Shown one piece after another: positions 37,106 through 47,800 of a stretch of 64,000 nucleotides of DNA (position 1 is its first letter; each line of letters opens with the position of its first letter). The translations under genes and the position numbers were made by a program. Origin of the DNA: Rhynchopus sp. YZ270_cl-10 (Eukaryota); NCBI GenBank assembly GCA_964035575.1, contig OZ037842.1:806001-870000 (forward strand). The letters run 5' to 3'. The notes beneath the pieces are model-generated. The model made no database searches, was not told the origin of the DNA, and saw only the letters and a list, made by a program, of their open reading frames with translations.

Positions 37106-40100
37106 CTAATACGTGCGAGCACTGCAGACAAGATGCCTCCAGTCAGCCTCACGCAAGGTCTGTTTTGACACGTCCCCCCTGTAGCTTTTGAGTGCGTCCG
37201 TCAGCTGCTCGACCAGCGCAATGTCGCGCTGCTCCTCTTCTGGATAGGCAACACCGAACATGTCTTCATAAAGCGACGAGAGCGAGATGAAGGGGTACTG
37301 CGAGAGCCCCGCTGGCCTGTCGTGGCCCACGACCACTGTGTTGGCGTCGAGGTGCGACGCCTGCGCTGCTGCGTTGAAGGGAGCTGCTTTGAGGTGGAGC
37401 AGGTCGAGCTGTGTGAAGGCAGAGGTGGCGCCGTACTCAGGCACAATGGCACGCCAGTACTGCTGCAGGGTGTGCGGGACAAGTGTCTCCGGTGAGTGTG
37501 CAAACGAGGGTGTCTGCCACATCCGCAGTGTCGTGGCGTACAGAAGCTCCTCTGGGTTTGCCTTCAGGAACGCAGACAGCGAAGCGGCCTCACTCACAGG
37601 CGCCTCCCGCCCTGCTGTGTACGCAACAGCAGCGAGAAGCCTGTACACCCTTGCAATGTTCTTGCGCCGCTTCTTGGTCCCCACAAGACGGCCCCGCTCC
37701 CAGTCCACAGAGTGCATGTCAATCACCTCCTCAAGGCCGCCCTCTGGCATGCCCGGGTACGTCTTCACCTCCTGCATGAAGCGCTCCTGCAGGCCCGACA
37801 CAAACCGTTTGTAGGTCTGGAAGTTGACGTACATGTCAAGGAAGTAGATGCGGAAGCCAGACTTGAACCTCACGTCCGGACGTGGCACCGATGCCCACGC
37901 GCCGTGGCAGTCCATCACCACTGCGGCAAGGCTGCGCTTCTCAAAGAACTCCGCCGCAAAGCCAAGGATGCCGTCAAGCCACCCAGACCCCATCAGGTCA
38001 AACGGCACCTCCTCAAGCGAGAGCATGTCGATGTCGACGTAGCACCGGAACACTGCCCCACGCACCTCTTCCATGTAGAAGTCTGCGCCCCCCTCGAAGC
38101 TCGCACGCCAGTAGCGCAGGTACTCGTCCACGTAGCCGTCGGGGATGTAGTAGCGTCCGCCCTTCTGGCAGATGTGCGTCGGTGCCGTGTCCAGGAGCTG
38201 TGCGACCTTCGCCTGGCCCTGCGACTTCACCAGCTTCGCTGTCAGGTGCAGAAAGAACGTCTCCAGCGCGTCCTGTGGTGTGTACGTGTCGAGCTGCCGC
38301 CGTCCCCCAAGCGGGTGCGGCTCGAGGAGCCAGCGCGGGGTCGACACAGCGGCAAGGGTGGCTTCAGGCTCGTGTGTCCAGAGGTTCGAGAGCACGTCCA
38401 CATCGCTGCTGCAGGCAGGGAAGGCCACCTCGTCCACGACGTCCATCATCCCCGTCGCCCCGTTCTTGCAGAGGTACTGCACGCCGGTCACCATCGCCCC
38501 TTCGCTGTCCGCACGGCCCGCAAGGCTCTTCTTGAAGTCAGCGAGCACCGCATCAGCCTCCTTTGCGGTAGTGACGCCAAGCGACAGATGTGCCTCAAAG
38601 TCGCGTTCCTCTTCGTTCGGGAAACGCGTCTTGACACTCTTCCGCAGGCGCCGGATGAAGCAGTCGTCCTCGTCGCCTGGGGCCAGGTACATGATGACCC
38701 TCCCGCGCTCCTTGTCCTTCTTTGTGTGGATTCTGCTCAGGTTCAGGCGGAACGGCGCCATGTCGGCCTCCCTGACCGCCTCCTCCAGAAGCAGGCGTGC
38801 CTCGGGCCACGCCTCCTTCTCCACGAAGGGCCACATGATGTTCATGTGCACAGGCCAGTGCTTCGCGCTCTTCAGGTACGTCCCGCTGATGCCGCGCAGA
38901 CGCCGTGCCGCCACAGCCTCAGACACCACCAACGCAAGCGCGCACGTCCTGTGGTACCCACCGGTGTAGGCAGGGAGCGGCGCAGCCCTCGCCCCCTCTA
39001 CCATGTTGCCCTCCCTCCCCCACACGAGGCCGTCGTCTGCCTGCTCTGCACACACCGCCACCTGCAGGAGGAGGCCGTAGTGGTCGCTCTGTGGCAGAAG
39101 CGGCAGCAGCGGGCCTGCAACGCATGCAGGTGGTGCTTTGTCAAACGCATTGGGGGTTGCGAAGAAGGAGGCCGCACCGCTGTGTGCCCCCACACGCCCC
39201 ACAATCGCCGCATTCACCTCGCCCACGAGGCGTGTCATCTGCTCCTCGCAGGACGCACACCCCGACACCGTTGTGTGCAGGTCCACATGCGGCAGCCCGC
39301 CAGTGTCGTCCACGCCATGCGCACGCAGCGACATCTGGTGTGCATGCATCGTGGCGCCCAGAAGCCAGTCCGCCTTCTCTCCTAGTTCAGAGTCGCGCGT
39401 CCGCAGGCGGTCTGCACAACACTCCTGCGGCGTCTGCACATCCACAAGCACCACCAAGCCCGCCTTCCCGCTGCTCCGCAGCACGTTTACTGTCGTCTGC
39501 AGCTCCTCAACCGACATGTGCGCTGCGTCTGCAACAATGCATCTGCTCCCCCCCTTCACAGCAGCGCTCAGGCGCGTCAGGAAGTTGCGTGTCGTCGACT
39601 TCGCATCCATGCTCACAAAGGCCCCGTCCACTGCCGTGCACAGCCTCTGGCTCAGCACAGACTTCCCGCTGCACTGCGGCCCCCGCACAATGACCTGCAC
39701 CTGCTCCACATCTGCACCTGGGGCGACGTCCGTGTGCCCCTTCGTTGCGAACTGCGCGCTGTCGTGGGGCTGCACCCACGACGACACGCTGTCCCCAATC
39801 ACGTCGATGCTCTCCACAGCAACGTCCGCCGCTCGGAACATAACCCTGTCAAGACGACGCGACAGGCCCGACCTGGAGTTGATCGACGCAAGTGGGTTCC
39901 GCTCCGGTGTGAACGTGTCCACAGCACCGCCCCTGCCGTGCTTCACCAGGAACGCGTCCTGGAAGTTGCCCCAGTCAGTTGCATCGTCCTCAGGGCCCTC
40001 CCCAAAGTTGTAGTCGCCAATCAGAAATGCGTTTGGCACCTTCCGCACAAGGTCCATCATCCCGCTGATCTGCTTTGCACGCTTCTCCTGGGCCTGCGCA

Positions 40101-40987
40101 GCCATGTCCGACGTGAGGTGCAGACCCACAACGCTCACCGGCACACCCTCCAACTTCATGTCCAGGAGCACCGCGTGCACATTCGGGTTGAACGAGTAGT
40201 GCTTCGCACACTTCACAGAGGCCGCACTCGTCTTCGACACCATCAGAATCGAGTCCGACCCGCCCTTCACGGCAGTGTGGTCCGTCAGGAAGTAGTTCTG
40301 CCGCACCCCTGCGTGCTGCAGGAGGTGCTCCGTGAAGACGCTGTCGCACTCCTGCAAACACACAACGTCCACCCCTGCCTGCGCAACCACACCAAGAAGG
40401 CGGTCGTACCGCTGTGCCCCACGCAGCACAAACGCGTCTTCAAAGTACTTCCCAAACAGAACGTTCCACGACGCCATTCGCAGCTTTGCACCAGCAGGCT
40501 GGTCGTCCGCAGGCTCCGTGCGCGAAAACTCCTGTGGCTCCCACACACCGGTATCGGGGTTGAACGCCGACAGGTATGTGCTCTTCGTATGGGGGAAGGA
40601 TATGCGCCCCTTCGACGCCCCCGAAGACGCCACCTTAGGCCCTGCAGAAGGTGCAGCCTCAAGCGTCCCGTTGAAGAGCTCCTTCGTCAGGTCAAGTCTC
40701 GTCTCTCTGTCCCAAAACACCACACCGCTCGCACGGTACTGCTGCACTCTGTGCCACGGAATCGAATCAAAGTCGTTCTTCCCGCCTTGGTGCCACTTTC
40801 TCAGGGCAACCCACTTCAGGCCAATGAACCTGTCTGTGTAGCCCACCTCTATCGTGTCCTGGTCAATCGTAGGGTGCCACAGCAGCTTCCCAAACATCAC
40901 ATCCGAGCGGACAAGCTTTTTGTCGTCTGCTGCCTCTTCCTTCGCCTTTGGTGCATCTCTCTTTGGGCTGCGGCGTGACATTGGCAC
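37106..40987 (-). CDS. Multidomain RNA end-healing/repair protein: MJ1316 + EEP (kinase inserted) + P-loop kinase + 2H phosphoesterase + AEP/PrimPol-like domain
   Basis: MJ1316 (VGYTDRF...IPWHRV...WDR); EEP (SWNV, LQE, GDYN, RLDR, SDH); Walker A GPQCSGKS; 2H motifs PVHMN and AHLSLG; AEP-like THICQKGGRYYIP, YVDID, KSGFRIYF, VIDMHSV..GRLVGTKK. Confidence 0.85.
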   Translation of the reverse strand: MPMSRRSPKRDAPKAKEEAADDKKLVRSDVMFGKLLWHPTIDQDTIEVGYTDRFIGLKWVALRKWHQGGKNDFDSIPWHRVQQYRASGVVFWDRETRLDLTKELFNGTLEAAPSAGPKVASSGASKGRISFPHTKSTYLSAFNPDTGVWEPQEFSRTEPADDQPAGAKLRMASWNVLFGKYFEDAFVLRGAQRYDRLLGVVAQAGVDVVCLQECDSVFTEHLLQHAGVRQNYFLTDHTAVKGGSDSILMVSKTSAASVKCAKHYSFNPNVHAVLLDMKLEGVPVSVVGLHLTSDMAAQAQEKRAKQISGMMDLVRKVPNAFLIGDYNFGEGPEDDATDWGNFQDAFLVKHGRGGAVDTFTPERNPLASINSRSGLSRRLDRVMFRAADVAVESIDVIGDSVSSWVQPHDSAQFATKGHTDVAPGADVEQVQVIVRGPQCSGKSVLSQRLCTAVDGAFVSMDAKSTTRNFLTRLSAAVKGGSRCIVADAAHMSVEELQTTVNVLRSSGKAGLVVLVDVQTPQECCADRLRTRDSELGEKADWLLGATMHAHQMSLRAHGVDDTGGLPHVDLHTTVSGCASCEEQMTRLVGEVNAAIVGRVGAHSGAASFFATPNAFDKAPPACVAGPLLPLLPQSDHYGLLLQVAVCAEQADDGLVWGREGNMVEGARAAPLPAYTGGYHRTCALALVVSEAVAARRLRGISGTYLKSAKHWPVHMNIMWPFVEKEAWPEARLLLEEAVREADMAPFRLNLSRIHTKKDKERGRVIMYLAPGDEDDCFIRRLRKSVKTRFPNEEERDFEAHLSLGVTTAKEADAVLADFKKSLAGRADSEGAMVTGVQYLCKNGATGMMDVVDEVAFPACSSDVDVLSNLWTHEPEATLAAVSTPRWLLEPHPLGGRRQLDTYTPQDALETFFLHLTAKLVKSQGQAKVAQLLDTAPTHICQKGGRYYIPDGYVDEYLRYWRASFEGGADFYMEEVRGAVFRCYVDIDMLSLEEVPFDLMGSGWLDGILGFAAEFFEKRSLAAVVMDCHGAWASVPRPDVRFKSGFRIYFLDMYVNFQTYKRFVSGLQERFMQEVKTYPGMPEGGLEEVIDMHSVDWERGRLVGTKKRRKNIARVYRLLAAVAYTAGREAPVSEAASLSAFLKANPEELLYATTLRMWQTPSFAHSPETLVPHTLQQYWRAIVPEYGATSAFTQLDLLHLKAAPFNAAAQASHLDANTVVVGHDRPAGLSQYPFISLSSLYEDMFGVAYPEEEQRDIALVEQLTDALKSYRGDVSKQTLREADWRHLVCSARTY

Positions 40988-41088
40988 AAAGGGTGAAAAG
41001 GGTGAACGGAAAGAGGAGAGAGGTTTGCGCCTGATGGAGGTAGGGTAAGGGTTAGGGGTGAAGGTGAAGGGTATGAGGACGTGGCCAA

Positions 41089-43449
41089 GGGTAGGTGGGG
41101 GTGTCTGTGGTTTGTTTGACTACTTTAGCGATTCAGTGTTAACACACAAACGATGCTTCGTAGGATGGGATATAAAAAGGGCATCACAAAGAATCATTGT
41201 TTCAGCCATTGGTGTGGCACAGCAAAACAATGCATCAAAGGGAAATCAGCAAGATGCACTGTCCTCACGGATGTGGACATCTGCAAAAAGAAGAATGATA
41301 ATGCAAACGCCTCTGGGACGCAGGCAGTCAACAAAGAAAAGCAAATAAACAAAGAAATCCTGAGAGATGAATGTGGTTTGAGTGACACACATCTTTCATA
41401 GAAAGGCTGGAGCAGATAATGTAGCCTAAGTTTGCTTTCCCCGAACGCATCACATCCGCAAAAAAAAGAACAGATAAGCAAGTGTGATCATCAGGGTTTG
41501 CAAACACAATGCCTGTAGACAGCCCGTCTCAGGTTGGCCACTGGCCGCCATTTTTTGGGTGTCGCAGCATCGACAGGCAGGCTTCACATCTAAAAAGGGG
41601 TGGCAGGGAAGGGCGGGGCAGGGAAGGGACACAGGCTAAGCTCAGATAAGCGGGGGTGTCGGTGGGCTTGCACCATCGACACAGATCGTCCTGCACACCC
41701 CACATGTCACCTGCTCAACACAGTGCTTCCCCTCACCGCAGTCAACACCGTCACACATGAACCTGGCGCAGGGAAGAGGGGGGAAGTTCCCACACTCACA
41801 CAGGGCAGGGTTCCAGCATCCTGTCTCACACGTCTGGGCAGGTGTCGCAGCTGTGCACTCACGTGGTGTGCACACACCAGGTGCGTCGCATGTGGGCTCC
41901 GAGCAGGCACACTCAAGTCCCTCCAAGCACGCATGTCTCTCACACTCAACGGTGAAGCCACCACACGACGCCCCCTCGTCCTGCTTCTTCGTGCACACCT
42001 TCTCCTCCAGAAGGCACGTCGCAAGCCCTGTCACCGGGTCTGTTCCCTTCGTGCTCCTGCACCACCACCCAAGTCCGCAGTCCAGGTCGCTCTCACACGG
42101 CCCCATCGTTGGCACAGGGGCGGGGACGGGTGCTGGAGGCGCCTCGACACATTGGAAGTGGCACCCGTTGCACTGCACAGGCATGCAGGTGAAGCCACTT
42201 GTGCAGGCAAGAGGGCTGTCGCAGGGGTTCTCAGTGCATGTGGTGCCTTGGTCAAGCTCACACGAGCACGTGTCTGGGTTGTAGCACTCAGTGAAGTGGC
42301 ATCTCCTGTCCTTGTGGATTGTGTACGGTGTGCATGCAGGGGTCGGTGCAGGGGTTTCAACACACGTGCCAAACGGGAGGCAGTACGAGTTGGAGAAGTA
42401 GTGCACACACTGCAGCGAGGCACCACAGCAGTTCGGTCTGTGTGTGCACACATCGAAGAAGTGAAGCACGGGGCCAAGAGTTGTGCAGGTGCTTGTCTCC
42501 ACCACACACGCCTCACTCGCCGAACAGTCCGTCTTGTCGAGACAGAAGCCAGACCCCTGAACCAACATCACACATCCGAGAGCAGCAAACACACGCAGCA
42601 TTGTGAAGGTGGGTGAGTCTTGTATTTTCAGCAAATTCTGTTGGGTGTTGTGTTGCGGTGTGTGTGTGCAGAGTGGAAGAGGAAGGGAAAAGAGGGACAG
42701 AGGTGACCTTATTTCTTCGTTCTTAATCTTACTATTCTACTTAGCTGCATGGAACAGGGTTTCTTTAGGGGAAAGACATGGCGAAATATACCACACAGAA
42801 ACAGAATACATTCTGCATAGGACCCAAATGAGACGTTTGGGTGCAAATAAAACTAAAACACAAGGGAAGACATACTTAAGGTCGCTGAGCACGCCCGTGT
42901 TAGGGGAGCGGCGCCCATAAGTGATGGTAATATGACATTCGTTTTTCTGATTATAACAGGGCTGCGCTGTTGCCTCGCAGCAGTGGTTTTGAGCCTGTTA
43001 GCTGTTTGGGCAATACACCACTTCGTTGCCGACTGACAGTCATCACAAAAGATGCACACACAACACTATGCACTCTGCAAACGGCAGGTGGCAATATATA
43101 GACAACACATACGAGTTGCAAGCAATAGAAAGGCTCAATAAGATGCACCTAGGACTCTTGTGCTTAGTCACATAACAAGAAACGAAAGTACCGACCAAAA
43201 AAAAAGGCCAAAAATCGTGAACATTGTGTGTTAGGGGAATCCACATGAAACAGTCCAGTCTGAGTGTCACTAACGTACAGACCTCTTGGATGCAGACACG
43301 TGAATTAATGACCTTGCAGGGTGAACAGGTCTCTAAGATGCACATCTTTTTCACACAAAAATGAGAGGAAAACAAAGAAACTTAAAAGCTTCGTGTGCTT
43401 CGCGTGCACATCTCGCACTAACATTTGTTTGCAAACACTGCCCGTGTGC
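41089..43449. repeat. 2.4-kb direct duplication, copy 2
   Basis: Homologous to 1526-3905. Confidence 0.97.
41642..42601 (-). CDS. Secreted cysteine-rich protein (319 aa), copy 2
   Basis: Protein identical to 2081-3040. Confidence 0.85.
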   Translation of the reverse strand: MLRVFAALGCVMLVQGSGFCLDKTDCSASEACVVETSTCTTLGPVLHFFDVCTHRPNCCGASLQCVHYFSNSYCLPFGTCVETPAPTPACTPYTIHKDRRCHFTECYNPDTCSCELDQGTTCTENPCDSPLACTSGFTCMPVQCNGCHFQCVEAPPAPVPAPVPTMGPCESDLDCGLGWWCRSTKGTDPVTGLATCLLEEKVCTKKQDEGASCGGFTVECERHACLEGLECACSEPTCDAPGVCTPRECTAATPAQTCETGCWNPALCECGNFPPLPCARFMCDGVDCGEGKHCVEQVTCGVCRTICVDGASPPTPPLI

Positions 43450-43898
43450 AGCTGAGACAACGAACCTGGTGAAGAGGGCACCTTGTGGCGCATGCTGTGG
43501 CCAGCGAAGCGTAACCATAAACAAAGGTGCTGCACGTACGCAAACAAATGATGTGGTTAACAAAGGTGGGAAGTGCAAACGCCTCTGTCGGCGCAGACAA
43601 ATAAAAAAGGGGGACCCCTTGAAAACAATGCAACAATGAAAATCGTTTTGATGGGCACGTCGAACGTCGAACGTCGAAACTCGAAGACGTATCGCACCTC
43701 AGAGCTTCGCATGACCTTTGGTACAAACACACTGCAAAATGTAGCAACAGTAAGTATGCCATGTGATCAAACACAACGCAAGTAACAAGCAGGATGGTGA
43801 TACACCCGCAGCAAGCCCCTTCGTGGCGACACTGAGCTCACGCCTCACGCCTCACGCCTCACACCTACCACAACAGTCTATCGCATCTGTCATCAGCC

Positions 43899-44474
43899 TC
43901 ACTTCGTCTCCTCACTCGAACCTTCCGAGTCAAGCTGCTCTGTCTCTGCGTGCTTGATGCCCTCCATCAGAACCTCCACCGGACACAACGCAAACAGCGT
44001 TGCAGGGTAGCACGAGAGGCCCCATTGCGGGTGGGAGATCATGCTACACCCCCCAGCACTTGTGCCGACATGCTCGCGGCAGTAGGGCAGAAAGGACTCC
44101 ATGGCCGAGGTCTCGCAGTACGGAGAGGCACCCCGCACCGAGACGTACCCTGTGCATGGGTCCACGTAGTCGCACCAGTACGCCTCGTCCTGCGCCTGCA
44201 CGTATCGCTGCACGCCAGACGCAAACTGCACAAACGTTTCCAGCAGCCTGTCCTTCTCAACAGCAGCCTCAGGGGTAAAGTCAATCACAGCACACCCGCA
44301 CTTCTGAAACGTCGGCACCACAAAAACACGCTTCACATCTGCACTCGACACCTGCGGCAGCGACGGCGCAATCTCCGGTATTATCGCAGCACTGATTTTA
44401 TGAACAGAGAACTGCAAACACCCATTCTGTGTGTGCAGCAGCGTAGGAGGGACAATTGTGTTGCGCTTCTTCAT
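43899..44474 (-). CDS. MMADHC: MMADHC/CblD-like cobalamin trafficking protein (191 aa from MKKRN)
   Basis: TFQK...EKDRLLETFVQFA...YWCDYVDPCTG...GCSMISHPQWGLSCYPATLF matches the MMADHC C-terminal domain pattern. Confidence 0.85.
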   Translation of the reverse strand: MKKRNTIVPPTLLHTQNGCLQFSVHKISAAIIPEIAPSLPQVSSADVKRVFVVPTFQKCGCAVIDFTPEAAVEKDRLLETFVQFASGVQRYVQAQDEAYWCDYVDPCTGYVSVRGASPYCETSAMESFLPYCREHVGTSAGGCSMISHPQWGLSCYPATLFALCPVEVLMEGIKHAETEQLDSEGSSEETK

Positions 44475-44841
44475 GCTTGAGAAGTGTTGTATCTGGAGTG
44501 TGGATACGAGGTGCGAGGTGGAGGGGAGGGGAGGGGAGGGAGGAGGAAGGGCAAAGCAGAACCACCGCACATTCCCTTTAGTTTGAAAGGTTCGTTCGTT
44601 AATGTGCAATGCAGACCTCGTTTATTTTTGAATGCACGTACAGTTGTTGACACAAAAGCTCTAATCATAAAAAAGAAGAAAGCAATACTACCGATAACAG
44701 TCTTGCTGGGGTGGGGTTTTGTACACTATGTGGGAATGGGTGAAGGCAAGACAACTATAGCATCAACAGCCTCTCTCAAGAGAGGTTCCAATTCGCCCCA
44801 AAGGCGATTCTCAAGACACGTTCTCATCCTCGACAACGCTG

Positions 44842-47800
44842 CTAACGACATCTTGGCGGCGACCCTGTCACCACAAAGGGCCTGCCCCCTCTTGGCAGCG
44901 CCTTTGGTGCGTCGCCCTCCAACATGTGGATCAACGACGCCTGCTCCTCCTCGCCCAGCGCGAGGCCCTCACTGGCGTCCCACTCAGGGTGCTCAAGCGC
45001 CGACCTGCTGGGACTGCTGCTGTGCGGGTGTGTCGTGGCAGCACGCAGCGGGCCTGTGTTGAGGGTGACGCCTGTGGCAGAGGTGTTGCGCACCGCACGC
45101 TCCACCTCCGCATGGATATGCTCGTTCAGGGACTCAAAGCTCCCGTCGTGCAGGATCTCCTCCCGCGAGGTGTCCTCGCCGTCGCTCATGCTGATGTCGT
45201 GGCCAAGGAAGCGTGCAACAGCATCGAGGCCGACAAGCTCCCTCCGCCGTGGCGGCGCCTTCTTGCCCTTCGCCTCCTGCGTCGGAAGGGACAGCAAGGC
45301 CTTGCTGATCTCCGCTGCGTCCTCGTCGTCGATGGAAGCCGCCTCCGGAAGGACAACCGCACGCTCGTCGAGCGAGGTGGTGGGCGCCTGCTTGCGTGGC
45401 ACTGTGCGGAGCTTGTGGAGCTGCTCCTTCTGCTGACGTGCGGAGGCGACAGGCAGGCGGCGCTGCTTGCCCATCGACAGCAGCCGCACCATGCCGTCTG
45501 CATCGACAAAGTTTTCGTCCATTGCGACAGTCTCCTGCACGCGTACTGCGTGGTGTGCGCCACGTGGTGGTGGTGGTGGTGGTGATGGGAGCAATGTACC
45601 CTGTGCCTCGCCAGGCCACGCAGGGGAGGCCATCTGCGTCGACTGGTACTCACGTGTCGACCCCGATGCAGGTGTTGCGTTGGACGAGAACGTCTTGTAC
45701 GAGAAGGGTGTGCCCGTCAGTGTCCCCGATGCGTGTGGGTGCTCACCAGGGGAGGACAGGAACTCGTCTGCACCCACGTTCGCAGAGGCCGTGTGCGTGG
45801 TGTGGCGTGTCCGTGCGGCTGGGGCTGCCGCACGCCGCTTGCTCGGCGACCCCGCACGAAGGGAGACAGGTTGGGACGGACGCGCTGTGGGGATGAAGGA
45901 TCGCTTTCCTGGCTGGGCGTGGGGCTGGCGTCTGTCCCTCCCCTGCGGCGGTGGAGGGGATGCTGACCTGGGTCGTGTGGGTCGTGTGGGCGAAGGGCTG
46001 TTTGTGCGCTTCTGCAGTGCAGCACCACGCTGCGTTGTGTAGACTGTTGCATCAGAGGCACGGGGCGGCATGGGCTCATACGCCTGTCCTGTGTACAGAG
46101 GTCCCTCGGTGTGCTCTGCACCGTGCAGGCCGTGGTGCGCCTCCTCAGGGTGGTGGTGGACTGCAGCATAGGACGTATGTGTGTGGTTCTTCAAGGCGCC
46201 TGGGCGTGTCGTCTGCACAGGGGACTGGTGGCGCGGGTGCTGTCGTTGCGCGTGCACACCGTGTCCTTCTTCTCGCTGCCGTGCCTGCTCTGCACCCCGT
46301 TTCCTTTCTATGTGCTGTCTGTCGGTGGCAGACTTGCTTCCAACAGCCTCCAGACCCGTGGCATATCCTGAGCGCTGCTGCTGATGCTGGTGGTGGTGAC
46401 GGTGGTGCTGCTGTACGGTTTGCTCCAAGGCATCCTCCCCACCTCCATCCGCCTCCCCTTCCACCAAGACCCCACTGTCGCCCACCTGTCGCATAGGTGT
46501 GGACGGCAGAACCATGTCATGTGACACACGTGGCACTGCCCACCCTTCCACGTGCTGTGCACCAGCCACAGCAGAATTGTACATGTCCACAGGGCTTGGC
46601 GACCGGCCCTGGTGGATATGGATCTGTGCACCTGACTTTGGTGTGCGCACAACTTGCTCAACTCGAAGCTTCGCAGCCGAGCTGGGCGAGACGCTGTGGC
46701 CAACAGAGACGTCCGTGTCGACCTCGTAGTAGTCAGCTGTGTGGCGCTGCTCAGGGCTCCTTCGCGGAGTCGACAACTTCTTCCCGTGCTGCTCGTCCAG
46801 CTGCCGCAGGATGCTCGACGCCAGGTCCTTTGCCTGCTCGGTGTTGTCACGATCAAGGCGACTGTGTCGTGCCTCACGCTCCACGTTCTGCACCACATCA
46901 GGAACAAAGTCGGTGAAGTCGAAGTCCTCGTGCATCTCCACTACCAGGCGAGGCGAACCATCGGACTGTACTGAGCGTGGCGAAGTGATCGACTTCTGCG
47001 AACCGCGCGAGTGTGCCGACTGTGGCGAGCGTGGTGAGAGAGGAGAGCCGTACGTCACATGCACAGCTTCCTGGTTGCGTCGCCTGCGTCCCTCATCTTG
47101 GCGCTTCGCAAGGGCCGACATGATGCCTGACGTTGACATCTCCAGCACACCATCCGACGGAGTGTCCACAGGGAAGTCCATCTCACTCCTCTCAGAGGCC
47201 TGAGACCGTGACCGTGACCTTGAGTGCGAGCGTGTGGGCGACCCCTTCCCCACCGAGTAGCGCCCATCAGAGTAGCCACTCTCAAAGGAGACATCCTTGT
47301 GGCCCCTCAGCTGTGCAGGGGAAGGCGGAGAGGGGTGGCGTTTCTTCTGCCCATTTGAGCTGCGACGTGGAGTCGTGGTAGGGGTGGCGGTGTCGAGGGA
47401 GAGGGAGGAAGTGGCAGCGCTGGCAGCAGGCATTGCGGCTGGGGCTGTGGCTGTGGCTGAGGCTGGACCCACAACGATGCTGCTGTTCTGACTCGCGAAC
47501 GACACGTTCCCTCTCGGCGTCGGCTGCGGGGATGTAGTGCGCGAGGGAGAGTTGCGGCGTCTGTGAGAGCTCGCGCCACGCCTCCGCTCCTGTGTTGCTG
47601 CCCTGTCCTTCTCCCTCTGTTCCTCTTTTTCCTTCTTTTTGTCCACCGACATCGAACGCGCACCCTTCAGGTCAGGTTTGAACAGCAACTCCTCATCCTC
47701 TCTCTTGCGCTGCTCGTCACGAAGTTGTTCTCTCCTCTTCTCCGCATTCGCAGTCCACTCTCGGCTGCGGGTGGAGATGTCGCCCGATGTCACAATGTGC

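Noticed and set aside
37496..40978. Long plus-strand ORFs (629 and 486 aa), and similar ones opposite other GC-rich genes
   Set aside because: Antisense shadows of GC-rich coding sequence with no recognisable motifs.
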